From a candidate division FCPU426 bacterium (lineage in GTDB: Bacteria > Oederibacteriota > Muellerivitia > Muellerivitales > Muellerivitaceae): 64,000 bases of DNA. Every line of letters starts with the position of its first letter. Within the stretch, counting starts at the first letter, position 1. Below, in pieces: positions 17,981-26,676 of the stretch. The stretch spans positions 96,001-160,000 of the forward strand of contig CAVTWJ010000002.1 of the NCBI GenBank assembly GCA_963738405.1, written 5' to 3'. Position numbers and translations under genes: made by a program. Below the pieces are notes generated by a model. That model made no database searches. It was not told the origin of the DNA and saw nothing but the letters and a program-made list of their open reading frames with translations.

Positions 17981-20356
17981 ATGAAAGAACTTACCAATCC
18001 AATCCTGAACCATCCGGTCGATATCAGCCGGGAGTTTTCGAACATGGAAAACACCATGTTTTTGCCGGAAAAATTGGAGCGGTTCAATCCCGCCAAGGCG
18101 GAAGGCGAAATTTCCTACGGGCGCTACGCCTACAAGGTGCGCATGGCCTTCAACCAGGAAGGCATCAACCTGATCACCAACCCGCCCTGGGAATTCCCCA
18201 ACGAATACGGAAACGAAAAAGAGCCCTACCCCTTCTCCATTTCCTTCCACGGGGACCGGACCCTGCGCCTGCGCATGCACGGCCGCACCTACCCCAAAAA
18301 AGCCGAACCTTCACTCATGCTCAAAAGCGAACCCAAGGCCACCAGCCCCTGGAAGGTCACCGAGAACACCCTTTTCTCACCACCAAGACACCAAGGCACC
18401 AAGAAAGGCACAAAGTCGGATTCAAACAAAACCGTTAAAGGCAGAATCGTATACCAAGGCAAATATGGCTCAGTCACCATCAAGGAAAACCCTTGGGCCA
18501 TCGAGATCCACGACGCATCGGGAAAGCTTTTAACCAAAACCATCCACCTGAAAGACAACGAGAGCCTGCGCAATACCGACCCCCTGCCCTTTTGCTTTAT
18601 GCGCCCCACCCCCGAGTACGGACGCCGTTTCGCGGCCACCTTCAGCCTAGCCAACGGTGAGAAAATATACGGATGCGGCGAATCTTTCACACGCCTCAAC
18701 AAGCGCGGGCAAAAGGTGGTGCTTTGGAGCTACGACTGCCACGGGGTTCAGCATGACGGCATGTACAAACCCGTTCCCTTCTTCATGAGCGACCGGGGCT
18801 ACGGCATGTTTCTGCATACCACCGCGCCCGCCACCTTCGATTTCGGCCATGCCTACAACGAAACCACCACCCTCTTCACCGGGGACGAGGACTTGGACCT
18901 CTTTATCTTCTTGGGCAGTCCTAAGGAAGTTCTTTCCGAATACACCACCTTAACTGGACGGAGCCCTTTGCCCCCTCTCTGGAGCTTCGGGCTTTGGATG
19001 AGCAAGTGCACCTACAAGAGCGAAAAGGAAGCCAGGGACGTGGCGAAGAAACTGCGAAGCCACAAGATTCCATCCGACGTGATTCATTTGGATACGGGCT
19101 GGTTCGAGGAAGACTGGCGTTGTGACTACAAGTTTTCCAAGACTCGGTTCAAGAACCCTCTCAAGATGATCAAAGACCTGGCCAAACAGGGCTTCAAGAT
19201 CAGCCTTTGGCAATTGAGCTACTTCAACCCCAAGAACCGGCTGTTCCCCGAGATCTTAAAAGAAGGCTTGGCGGTGACCGACGGCAAGGGAGGATTGCCC
19301 ACCGAGGACGCCACCCTGGATTTCAGCAACCCCAAGACCGTGAAGTGGTATCAAAAGAACCTGGCCGGGCTGTTGAAGATGGGCGTGGGCGCCATCAAGG
19401 TGGATTTTGGCGAAGGAGCCCCCCTGAAGGGCGTCTACCACTCGGGCAAGACAGGCTTTGCCGAGCATAACCTCTACCCGCTTCGCTACAACAAGGCCGC
19501 CGCTGAGGGTTCAACAGCGGTGAACGGCGAACACATCATCTGGGCCCGAAGCGCCTGGGCGGGAAGCCAGCGCTACCCCCTGCATTGGGGCGGCGACGCC
19601 GAGGACAGTTTTGGGGGGATGGCTTCCTCGTTACGGGGCGGGCTTTCCATAGGGCTTTCCGGCTTCAGCTTTTGGAGCCACGATATCGGCGGGTTTGTGA
19701 AGGGACCTTCCAAGGAACTTTACCGCCGTTGGACGCCCTTTGGCCTTTTGACCTCGCACAGCCGCTGCCACGGCATGTACCCCCGGGAACCCTGGGTTTA
19801 CGGGAAAGATTTTGAGGACGAGTTTCGCCTATCAGCTGAGATGAAATACAAGCTCATGCCCTATGTCTATGCCCAGGCGGTGAACAGCGCCAAAAGGGGC
19901 TTCCCGATGCTGCGCACCCTGTTTTTCGAGTACCCCGAAGACCCGACCAGCTGGCTGATTGAGGATGAGTACCTTTTCGGGTCGGACATCCTGGTGGCGC
20001 CCCTGCTGGAAAAGGTGAACGAACGGGATGTTTACCTGCCGCCCGGAACCTGGGTGGATTACCAAACCGGCTCTTCCTATAAGGGGGGGCAATGGCACCA
20101 AATTAATGCGGGGAAGATACCCTGCGTCATCCTGGTGAAGGGGGGCTCGGTGATACCCCACCTCAAACTCGCCCAATCGACCAAGGATATGGACTGGAGC
20201 CAGATTGAGCTAAAGGTCTACGGCTCGGCGGTGGAATCTAAGGGGTTATTGGCCCTGCCCAAGGACCAGGTTTTGAAGGAATTGGTGGTGGTTCGCCGGG
20301 GTAGCGGCTGGGAACTGGTAAAGGGGGCTATCCCGAAGGTGAAATTTAGCTTTTAA
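17981..20356 (+). CDS. GH31 alpha-xylosidase (YicI-like)
   Basis: YKPVPFFMS, WSFGLWMS, IHLDTGW, IKVDFGE (nucleophile Asp), HWGGD, WSHDIGGF, SHSRCHG; no signal peptide. Confidence 0.92.
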   Translation: MKELTNPILNHPVDISREFSNMENTMFLPEKLERFNPAKAEGEISYGRYAYKVRMAFNQEGINLITNPPWEFPNEYGNEKEPYPFSISFHGDRTLRLRMHGRTYPKKAEPSLMLKSEPKATSPWKVTENTLFSPPRHQGTKKGTKSDSNKTVKGRIVYQGKYGSVTIKENPWAIEIHDASGKLLTKTIHLKDNESLRNTDPLPFCFMRPTPEYGRRFAATFSLANGEKIYGCGESFTRLNKRGQKVVLWSYDCHGVQHDGMYKPVPFFMSDRGYGMFLHTTAPATFDFGHAYNETTTLFTGDEDLDLFIFLGSPKEVLSEYTTLTGRSPLPPLWSFGLWMSKCTYKSEKEARDVAKKLRSHKIPSDVIHLDTGWFEEDWRCDYKFSKTRFKNPLKMIKDLAKQGFKISLWQLSYFNPKNRLFPEILKEGLAVTDGKGGLPTEDATLDFSNPKTVKWYQKNLAGLLKMGVGAIKVDFGEGAPLKGVYHSGKTGFAEHNLYPLRYNKAAAEGSTAVNGEHIIWARSAWAGSQRYPLHWGGDAEDSFGGMASSLRGGLSIGLSGFSFWSHDIGGFVKGPSKELYRRWTPFGLLTSHSRCHGMYPREPWVYGKDFEDEFRLSAEMKYKLMPYVYAQAVNSAKRGFPMLRTLFFEYPEDPTSWLIEDEYLFGSDILVAPLLEKVNERDVYLPPGTWVDYQTGSSYKGGQWHQINAGKIPCVILVKGGSVIPHLKLAQSTKDMDWSQIELKVYGSAVESKGLLALPKDQVLKELVVVRRGSGWELVKGAIPKVKFSF
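18378..18403 (+). repeat. Family A repeat inside the GH31 coding frame
   Basis: Identical to 14202-14227; translated within SPPRHQGTK. Confidence 0.9.
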
Positions 20357-20399
20357 GAACCTGAATTAAGGGTGTTGTTTACCAGATTTGGCGCTTTCG

Positions 20400-20640
20400 T
20401 TCACCGGATTACGTCGCTTGTTCACTGGAAATAGGTGGGCTTTTCACCGGAAAAAACTCTTCTTCACCGGAAACGTGGGTGCCGTTCACCGGAAAACACC
20501 ATTCTTCACCGGAAACGTGGGTGCCGTTCACCGGAAAACACCCTTCTTCACCGGAAATGGGGGCACCCTTCACCGGAAAACACCATTCTTCACCGGAAAC
20601 GGGGGCGCCCTTCACCGGAAATGGTTGTGCCTTCACTGGA
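20400..20640. repeat. Tandem array of 12 TTCAC(C/T)GGA cores, 20/22-bp alternating spacing
   Basis: Cores start at 20400, 20421, 20443, 20463, 20485, 20505, 20527, 20547, 20569, 20589, 20611, 20632. Confidence 0.95.
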
Positions 20641-20707
20641 TTGTAAAAAGAAGGACGAAAAAGGGTTTAAAACTGTCTAATCAACCGAAACCTTTAAGGG
20701 AGCTCAA

Positions 20708-22708
20708 ATGTCACCCAAATTCTCAAAGTTTAGCGGACTGGCTTTAGCCTTGATAACCCTGGCGGTGGGTTCGGCCCATGCCGGTCTGGAACTGCCCTGT
20801 CTCTTTGGGAACCACATGGTCTTCCAGGCGGGTAAACCTGCCGTGATTTGGGGCAAGGACAAGCCGGGCCAAAAGATCACTATTACGTTAGGGGACCAGA
20901 CCGGCTCGACCCGGGCTAATCTTTTGGGGCGATGGAAGGTTTCCCTGCCCCTCCCCGCCCCAGGCCCCGCCTTAGGGATGACCGTGACCGGTTCTTCCAC
21001 CAAGGTTTTCCAGGACATCTTGGTGGGCGAGGTATGGCTGGCTTCGGGCCAATCAAACATGGAATTCCGCATGGATCAAACCAATGACGCGGATAAGGCC
21101 ATTGCCCAGGCGAATGACGGCCAGATTCGACTGTTTCTTCAGAAACCCGTCATGTCCCCCAAACCCCTGGACTCCCCCGAAGGAATCTGGAAGGTCTGTT
21201 CCCCCGAAACAGTGAAGGATTTTTCGGCAGTAGCCTATTACTTCGGCAAGGGCCTGCGTGAAAAGCTGAAGGTTCCTGTGGGGCTTATCGCCACCAGTTG
21301 GGGCGGTTCCTACGCCGAGAGTTGGATTCCCGAGAAGGCGCTTCACAAGGGCGGCGCCTTCAAACCTGTCTGGGACCGATGGAACAAACTATCCTCAAAG
21401 GAAAAGGCTTCCTGGCAAAAGGGGCGCTTCCCCGTGAACCTGGCGGTGCGGAATCTGCGTTTCATTCCTACCAACTCGGGACAGGCGCCCCTGGCTCCTT
21501 TGAGCCAGGGACAACCAAATCCCGGGTCTCGGCTTGAGGCCTCGACCCAGGTGCCCCTAACCATCCAGGCTTTGAATGTCTCCGCACCCACAACAGCTAC
21601 CCTCCCTCCCGGAACCTGGAGTTGGAGCGTCAAGGTGGGTTCGGATGCCGCCGTGAAGATCTCTTCCCACATTCCCCGGATGACCGGAGAGTTCCTGACC
21701 GACGCTTGGGGTTTCATGACCACGTCGCTATCCGCCTCCTCAAAGGGACAAGACCTTTCGGCCTATCACGCGATTGAGTTTGAGACGAAGGGCGACGGGA
21801 AATACATCCTTTTCCTTTCCCAGCCTTCCATCACCGATTGGGACAATTACCGAACCCCTTCCGTTTTCCCGGTCACGAATCAATGGGTCAAGCACCGCAT
21901 TGAGTTCACCGACCTCAAGCAATCGGGATGGGGAAAGCCCCAGCCTTTTACGGCCGACGCCCTCTCCAACCTTTCCTTCGGGGTCGACCCCAAGCCCCTC
22001 ATCGAGATACCTTCCGCCCTCTATAACGGAATGATAAATCCCTTTGTTCCCTTTCCCCTTAAGGGTTTCCTTTGGTACCAGGGGGAGGCCAACACGGTTC
22101 ACGCAGATGAGTACGAAAAGCTTTTAAACACCCTCATCTCCAGTTGGGGACAGGCCTGGGGCGACCCCAACATGCCGTTCATTTTGGCCCAGCTTCCCAA
22201 CTACCTTCCAACCGCCGGGCAAGGCGGGGGATATTGGAGCGATATCCGTGAAATCCAACGCCGGGTGGCCCAACAGCCCCACCGTGCCATGGCGGTCTTG
22301 CTGGACCTGGGCGACTCCCACGACATTCACCCCAAAGACAAGGCCGACCCCGGATACCGCCTCTGCCAAGCGGCGTTGGAGACCGCCTACGGCAAGACCG
22401 ACACGGTCTTAAGCCCCCTCTTTGACCACGCGGTGGTGGAGAATGGAAAAGTTCGGGTTTATTTCTGGCAGGCGGATGAGGGGTTGGTCGGGAATGGGGA
22501 CATTTTAGTGGGGTTCGAGCTTGCGGGGGCCGACGGAAATTTTCAACCTGCCCATGCTAGGATCGACAAGGATACGGTTGTTGTTTGGAAAGAGGGCCTG
22601 ACCTCGCCAAGTGCAGTGCGATATGCCTGGGGCGACGACCCGGTCTTCAACCTTTTAGGAAAAAACGGGATGCCCGCTTCGCCGTTCAAGGCCGAGCTAA
22701 AACCTTAA
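20708..22708 (+). CDS. Sialate O-acetylesterase-family (SGNH) carbohydrate acetylesterase with inserted CBM11-like domain
   Basis: GEVWLASGQSNME, FSAVAYYF, WYQGEAN, DIHP; insert 'DLSAYHAIEFETKG...WVKHRIEFTDLKQSGWG'; signal peptide. Confidence 0.88.
   Translation: MSPKFSKFSGLALALITLAVGSAHAGLELPCLFGNHMVFQAGKPAVIWGKDKPGQKITITLGDQTGSTRANLLGRWKVSLPLPAPGPALGMTVTGSSTKVFQDILVGEVWLASGQSNMEFRMDQTNDADKAIAQANDGQIRLFLQKPVMSPKPLDSPEGIWKVCSPETVKDFSAVAYYFGKGLREKLKVPVGLIATSWGGSYAESWIPEKALHKGGAFKPVWDRWNKLSSKEKASWQKGRFPVNLAVRNLRFIPTNSGQAPLAPLSQGQPNPGSRLEASTQVPLTIQALNVSAPTTATLPPGTWSWSVKVGSDAAVKISSHIPRMTGEFLTDAWGFMTTSLSASSKGQDLSAYHAIEFETKGDGKYILFLSQPSITDWDNYRTPSVFPVTNQWVKHRIEFTDLKQSGWGKPQPFTADALSNLSFGVDPKPLIEIPSALYNGMINPFVPFPLKGFLWYQGEANTVHADEYEKLLNTLISSWGQAWGDPNMPFILAQLPNYLPTAGQGGGYWSDIREIQRRVAQQPHRAMAVLLDLGDSHDIHPKDKADPGYRLCQAALETAYGKTDTVLSPLFDHAVVENGKVRVYFWQADEGLVGNGDILVGFELAGADGNFQPAHARIDKDTVVVWKEGLTSPSAVRYAWGDDPVFNLLGKNGMPASPFKAELKP
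21482..21558. repeat. In-frame 66-bp hairpin-rich segment between 11-bp direct repeats
   Basis: caggcgcccct (21482) and caggtgcccct (21548); perfect 9-bp stem ccctggctc-cttt-gagccaggg. Confidence 0.65.
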
Positions 22709-22720
22709 AGCCAGAATTTT

Positions 22721-22746
22721 CACCACTAAGACTCGAAGACTCCAAG
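22721..22746 (+). repeat. Degenerate solo family A repeat
   Basis: caccactaagactcgaagactccaag between convergent genes. Confidence 0.75.
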
Positions 22747-22795
22747 AACACCGAAAACCAATACCTATTAGGATTGTTTAAGTTATTTTCAGCTT

Positions 22796-23620
22796 TTACT
22801 GGTTGATCCGGTAGTTTGAGACCGTGAAGAGGATTTCGATGAAGGTCTTGGATACTTCCGGCACGAAGACCTTAATACTCAAGGTCTTGGGCATCCAATA
22901 CTTTCCCTGGACCCCGTAATCAATGACACAGGTCTGGCTCACCCCCGGGCCCGTTATGCGGAATCCCCGCAAAAGATACCCCTTCGCCGTATAGATGAAG
23001 GCAGGTTCGATGGTCGTTTTGTTCTTTCCGCTCACCGAAACAAGCTGCAGAAGCTTTCCCTTCTTATCGAAAAACCCCGTCATGCTGTCGCCCGAGGGGA
23101 TGGCTTGAAGCACCTGGAAGCCGTCAGCGGTCTGGATGAACTTGAGGTTGCCCTGGTTGATATCGGACGGGTCGTTCAAGGGCTCGACCCCCAGGGCTTT
23201 CCAGAAATCCAGGAAGCTCTTGAACGCAATCAAGGTCGTCAGGTTGAGGTTGGACACCCTCTCGTCAAATGCCCTGTCGCCCGTTCGGGCCGGGGCTCTT
23301 CCCAGGATGGAAATCGAAGCCCCGCTTACATCGACCACCGAATACCGAAAACCCTCCATCGCCTTCCAGAATTTCGGATCGTAGAGGTTCTGGGCCTTCA
23401 ACTGGGACGCGGTCTTAGCCGAGAGTGTGCAGGTCACATCACAGCTGTAGTCGTCGACCCCGGCCCGGGAGAGGCAGTAGTAATAACCGTTGAGCTTGGT
23501 GAGGAATTTGACGGTGGATAAACTTGTCTGAGCATGGGCCGAAACTCCCAGCACCGACCAGAGGGACAGCGCGAGCAAGAGCTTGGCGGGAGCTTTGATG
23601 GGTTTTAACGACTTAAACAT
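22796..23620 (-). CDS. Secreted hypothetical protein
   Basis: Signal ending SAHA; beta-rich C-terminus; ATG 23620 preferred because the upstream extension lies in a repeat. Confidence 0.7.
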   Translation of the reverse strand: MFKSLKPIKAPAKLLLALSLWSVLGVSAHAQTSLSTVKFLTKLNGYYYCLSRAGVDDYSCDVTCTLSAKTASQLKAQNLYDPKFWKAMEGFRYSVVDVSGASISILGRAPARTGDRAFDERVSNLNLTTLIAFKSFLDFWKALGVEPLNDPSDINQGNLKFIQTADGFQVLQAIPSGDSMTGFFDKKGKLLQLVSVSGKNKTTIEPAFIYTAKGYLLRGFRITGPGVSQTCVIDYGVQGKYWMPKTLSIKVFVPEVSKTFIEILFTVSNYRINQ

Positions 23621-23629
23621 AAAACATTT

Positions 23630-23725
23630 CACCACCAAGACACAAAGACACCAAGAACACCGAGAAGCATAGATTTCGTAGCTTCAAATCTATTGTTTCC
23701 CTTGGTGACTTGGTGCCTTCGTGGT
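23630..23725. repeat. Inverted pair of family A repeat
   Basis: Forward 23630-23655, inverted 23701-23725. Confidence 0.88.
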
Positions 23726-23776
23726 AATTATCGGTTTTGTTGTATGTTCCGAGAGATTCGCGCAATCCGTTGTTCC

Positions 23777-25219
23777 TTACCGGGTTTTCCACCGGTTGGC
23801 ATCATAACGGATGCGGGCTTGAGGAATACAGGCCAGCTTGGCAACAACTTGAGCGGCTCCCGCAGGGTTTATGCCTGATTCGGGGGGCGCGAAGAGGCGG
23901 ATGGGAAAGGGTTTGGCGGTTCCCCATTCGACCGCGGCTTGGGTGACATCCACCCATTCCACACCCGGCTTCTTATAGAACCATTTCTTCCCGGCTCCGA
24001 TGAGCAGATTGGCCTTCTTATCTAACAACAATTCCAGGAATACCGGCTTCTTCTTTAAAGAAACCTTCCAACCCAAACCGTCCGAGTCATCTGAGGCCCG
24101 CCATTCAGTCTTAAGGGCTCCCCTCAAGCGGCTCCAGTTTTCTTTAGGTTGGAAATAGGGGTTTAGGATCAGCTCCCGGTATTCCGAAAGGTAGGACGTG
24201 GGCAGACCATTGCGGGAATTATTGGGGTCTTCCCTTTCCAATCCCAGCCTTCCCCGGTCACGGAATTGGTAATAGGTGATGCCCCTTAGAAAATCCGGTT
24301 TGTGTTTCAACACCAGCCCAAAAAACTGCCGGACCAATTGGCTTTGGAGTTCCTCACCACCCACGTTTCCGTCCGCGTTGAATTCGCCGATTTCCAAACC
24401 CTTATCTTCACCCGTGAGCTGGCAAAACCTGCGGTGGGTGGCTTGGAGCTGGCTCCAGATCGTTGAAACCGTCTGAATGGTATAGGTCTTTTTCAAACCG
24501 CCCGGTTCGCACGGCTTTCGCGGCCAGGCATAGTGAAGACTAACGTACTTGTCCGTGGACCAAATATCCGCCGCGCCCAGGATCGGAAACAACTTCTTTT
24601 CGAACCTTAACCCGCCCTTTTTAGAATTGACCCAATGACCCCAACAGGACATCAATTGGACGTTGGGAGCCTCATTTTTAAGGACACTTGCGAAGCGGAC
24701 AAAAAAGGCGGCGACCTGGGCGTAGCTGTACCGGCGGTTAAAGGCGAACCAGAACCCATCGCACTCGTGGTTCAAGCGAAGGCGCAATCGGCCAAAGGGC
24801 TTTAATTGACGGGCGATGACACGGATATGGTCGTCAGGAACCGCGCAGTCCATGGTCAGGGTCAGGGTGACATCCTGTCCGTGGCGGCGGATCTCCCGCA
24901 TTTGTTCGAACACCGGCCCGGCGGTATTGCCTTTGGGGCCCCCGCTAAAGGGAAAGTAATCGTCGTATGGATAGGGCCAGTCCCGGTCGCCTTTGGGTTT
25001 GTGGGCCACTGATGCCCGAAGGGGCCATCCCTTGTCGAAGGGATAGTAGCAATACATGAGGTTGATAGAGCGGTGGGGGCGGCCCAAAGAAGCCAGGATA
25101 TAGTCCTGGTCCACATATTCGCCCCGCTCGCTCCCATCCCCCAGGTCCAGGGAACAGGAAGCGGGTGAAAGGATGACCCGGTAGGGTTGGGTGAGGGTTT
25201 GGAGGCCGATTACTTTCAT
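23777..25219 (-). CDS. Divergent GH26-like (clan GH-A) glycoside hydrolase, no signal peptide
   Basis: 'RLRLNHECDGFWF' resembles the GH26 acid/base motif R-x-x-HEMNG-x-W; 'IGEFNA' candidate nucleophile; 'GITYYQF'. Confidence 0.55.
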   Translation of the reverse strand: MKVIGLQTLTQPYRVILSPASCSLDLGDGSERGEYVDQDYILASLGRPHRSINLMYCYYPFDKGWPLRASVAHKPKGDRDWPYPYDDYFPFSGGPKGNTAGPVFEQMREIRRHGQDVTLTLTMDCAVPDDHIRVIARQLKPFGRLRLRLNHECDGFWFAFNRRYSYAQVAAFFVRFASVLKNEAPNVQLMSCWGHWVNSKKGGLRFEKKLFPILGAADIWSTDKYVSLHYAWPRKPCEPGGLKKTYTIQTVSTIWSQLQATHRRFCQLTGEDKGLEIGEFNADGNVGGEELQSQLVRQFFGLVLKHKPDFLRGITYYQFRDRGRLGLEREDPNNSRNGLPTSYLSEYRELILNPYFQPKENWSRLRGALKTEWRASDDSDGLGWKVSLKKKPVFLELLLDKKANLLIGAGKKWFYKKPGVEWVDVTQAAVEWGTAKPFPIRLFAPPESGINPAGAAQVVAKLACIPQARIRYDANRWKTR

Positions 25220-25245
25220 TTTTCATCCTTAAAGAAATCAATTCA

Positions 25246-25446
25246 GCCACAGATACATGGGATTCATAGGATAGGCAAAAAGCCTTTAAAGATTCTAAAA
25301 AATCACAACTACAAACACACAAATTCCAAACCTTAAAACCTCTAACAAAAACCATTTTCACCACCAAGACACCAAGTCACCAAGAAATGATTTCGATTTA
25401 AACCCTAAAATTTTGCCGTTCTTGGCGTCTTGGTGCCTTGGTGGTG
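25246..25446. repeat. Family B half-element plus inverted pair of family A repeat
   Basis: gccacagatacatgggat at 25246; family A forward 25359-25384, inverted 25421-25446. Confidence 0.88.
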
Positions 25447-25467
25447 AATAATTAGATTTTCCTCTTC

Positions 25468-26511
25468 TTATTTCCCCGGCTGGGGCCACTGATCTTTCGG
25501 TACGTCTTTATAAACGTCTTCCAACTTTTGAAATCCATCGGCGATCACCGTGCTGACCATGTTGTCCTTGGTGACAGGGATGGGATCGAGGAAATAACTG
25601 GGTACGTCCTTTTTGCCGTTGTTGGTCGTGGTGGGAGCCGGGGGCAAAGCCTGACCCTTGGCCAGCTTGACGGCGATATCCGCCGCCTCAGCGGCCAAAA
25701 ATTTCACAGGTTTGTAAACGGTCATGGTTTGGGTGCCCGCCACGATACGCTGACAGCCGGCCAGTTCGGCGTCCTGCCCCGAAACGACCACCTTGCCCGC
25801 CAAGCCTTGCTCCGTCAAGGCCTGGATGTCCCCGCCCGCCGTGCCGTCGTAAGAATCCACCACCGCGTCCACCTTGTTGTTGTTCATGGTCAATATGTTT
25901 TCCATCTTCTTCAAAGCGTTGACCGCCAGCCAATCATCCGCCCATTGATCGCCCACGATCTTGATGTCGCCTTTCTTCACCAGCGGGTCCAGCACGATCC
26001 GCTGGCCCTTTCGAAAAAGAATCGCGTTGTAGTCGGTGGGCGCACCGCCCATGAGCACGTAATTGCCCTTGGGGCGCAAGTTGACGAGGGAGGAGGCCTG
26101 TAGTTCCCCGACCTTGATGTTATCGAAGGACACATAGGCGTCCACGTCCGAATCGAGAACGAGCCGGTCGTAGGAAAGTACGGGAACGCCCATCTTGTGG
26201 GCTTCATCCACAATCGTGGCGCAGCTTTTGGCGTTGTGGGGGATCACCACCAGGCACTTAATGCCCTGGGTGAGGAGATTTTCGGCCTGCGAATTCTGAA
26301 GGGTGTCGTTGGAATCGGCGCATTGAACCAGCACCTCGATTCCCTGGGCGTTGCACTTGGCCGTGAGGATGTCCCGGTCCTGGGCCCAGCGAGCAGCTCG
26401 GAGGGTATCCATGGAAAGGCCGATCTTGGTGTCGTAATGGGGCTTGGAAGCGCACCCCGACAGAAATCCCGCGGTCGCGAGCAAGGCCAAAATAGCTTTC
26501 GAAGATTTCAT
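25468..26511 (-). CDS. xylF: Second XylF-like sugar-binding lipoprotein
   Basis: Lipobox LSGC; IGLSMDTLRAARWAQDRD, GGAPTDYNA, QTMTVYKPV; SD gagga before ATG 26511. Confidence 0.85.
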   Translation of the reverse strand: MKSSKAILALLATAGFLSGCASKPHYDTKIGLSMDTLRAARWAQDRDILTAKCNAQGIEVLVQCADSNDTLQNSQAENLLTQGIKCLVVIPHNAKSCATIVDEAHKMGVPVLSYDRLVLDSDVDAYVSFDNIKVGELQASSLVNLRPKGNYVLMGGAPTDYNAILFRKGQRIVLDPLVKKGDIKIVGDQWADDWLAVNALKKMENILTMNNNKVDAVVDSYDGTAGGDIQALTEQGLAGKVVVSGQDAELAGCQRIVAGTQTMTVYKPVKFLAAEAADIAVKLAKGQALPPAPTTTNNGKKDVPSYFLDPIPVTKDNMVSTVIADGFQKLEDVYKDVPKDQWPQPGK

Positions 26512-26535
26512 TTTTTCCTCTTTAAATGATTTGTC

Positions 26536-26675
26536 TGTCATCGCGAGGAGCCGCCCCAATCGGGGTGGTTGGCGACGCGGCGATCCCAGTTCACATTTCT
26601 CTTTTTAAGACATATTCAAACTGAGATTGCCACGTCATAAACATCCCCTATTCGGGGATATTCCTCGCAATGACA
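26536..26675. repeat. Palindromic REP/RPE-like element, family C (TGTCATCGCGAGGA...TCCTCGCAATGACA)
   Basis: 14-bp terminal inverted repeat with one mismatch; inner cgcggcgatccc/gagattgccacg arms; small hairpins gcccc-aatc-ggggt and atcccc-tattc-ggggat. Confidence 0.85.
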
Positions 26676-26676
26676 G

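Noticed and set aside
20400..20640. CRISPR array
   Set aside because: Repeat is only ~11 bp, spacers are 9-11 bp and recur, and no cas genes are present
20388..20747. 119-aa ORF (and 20435-20680, 20409-20636) over the array as real genes
   Set aside because: Weak starts, no clear SD; open frames follow from a stop-free repeat unit. Not excluded but unsupported
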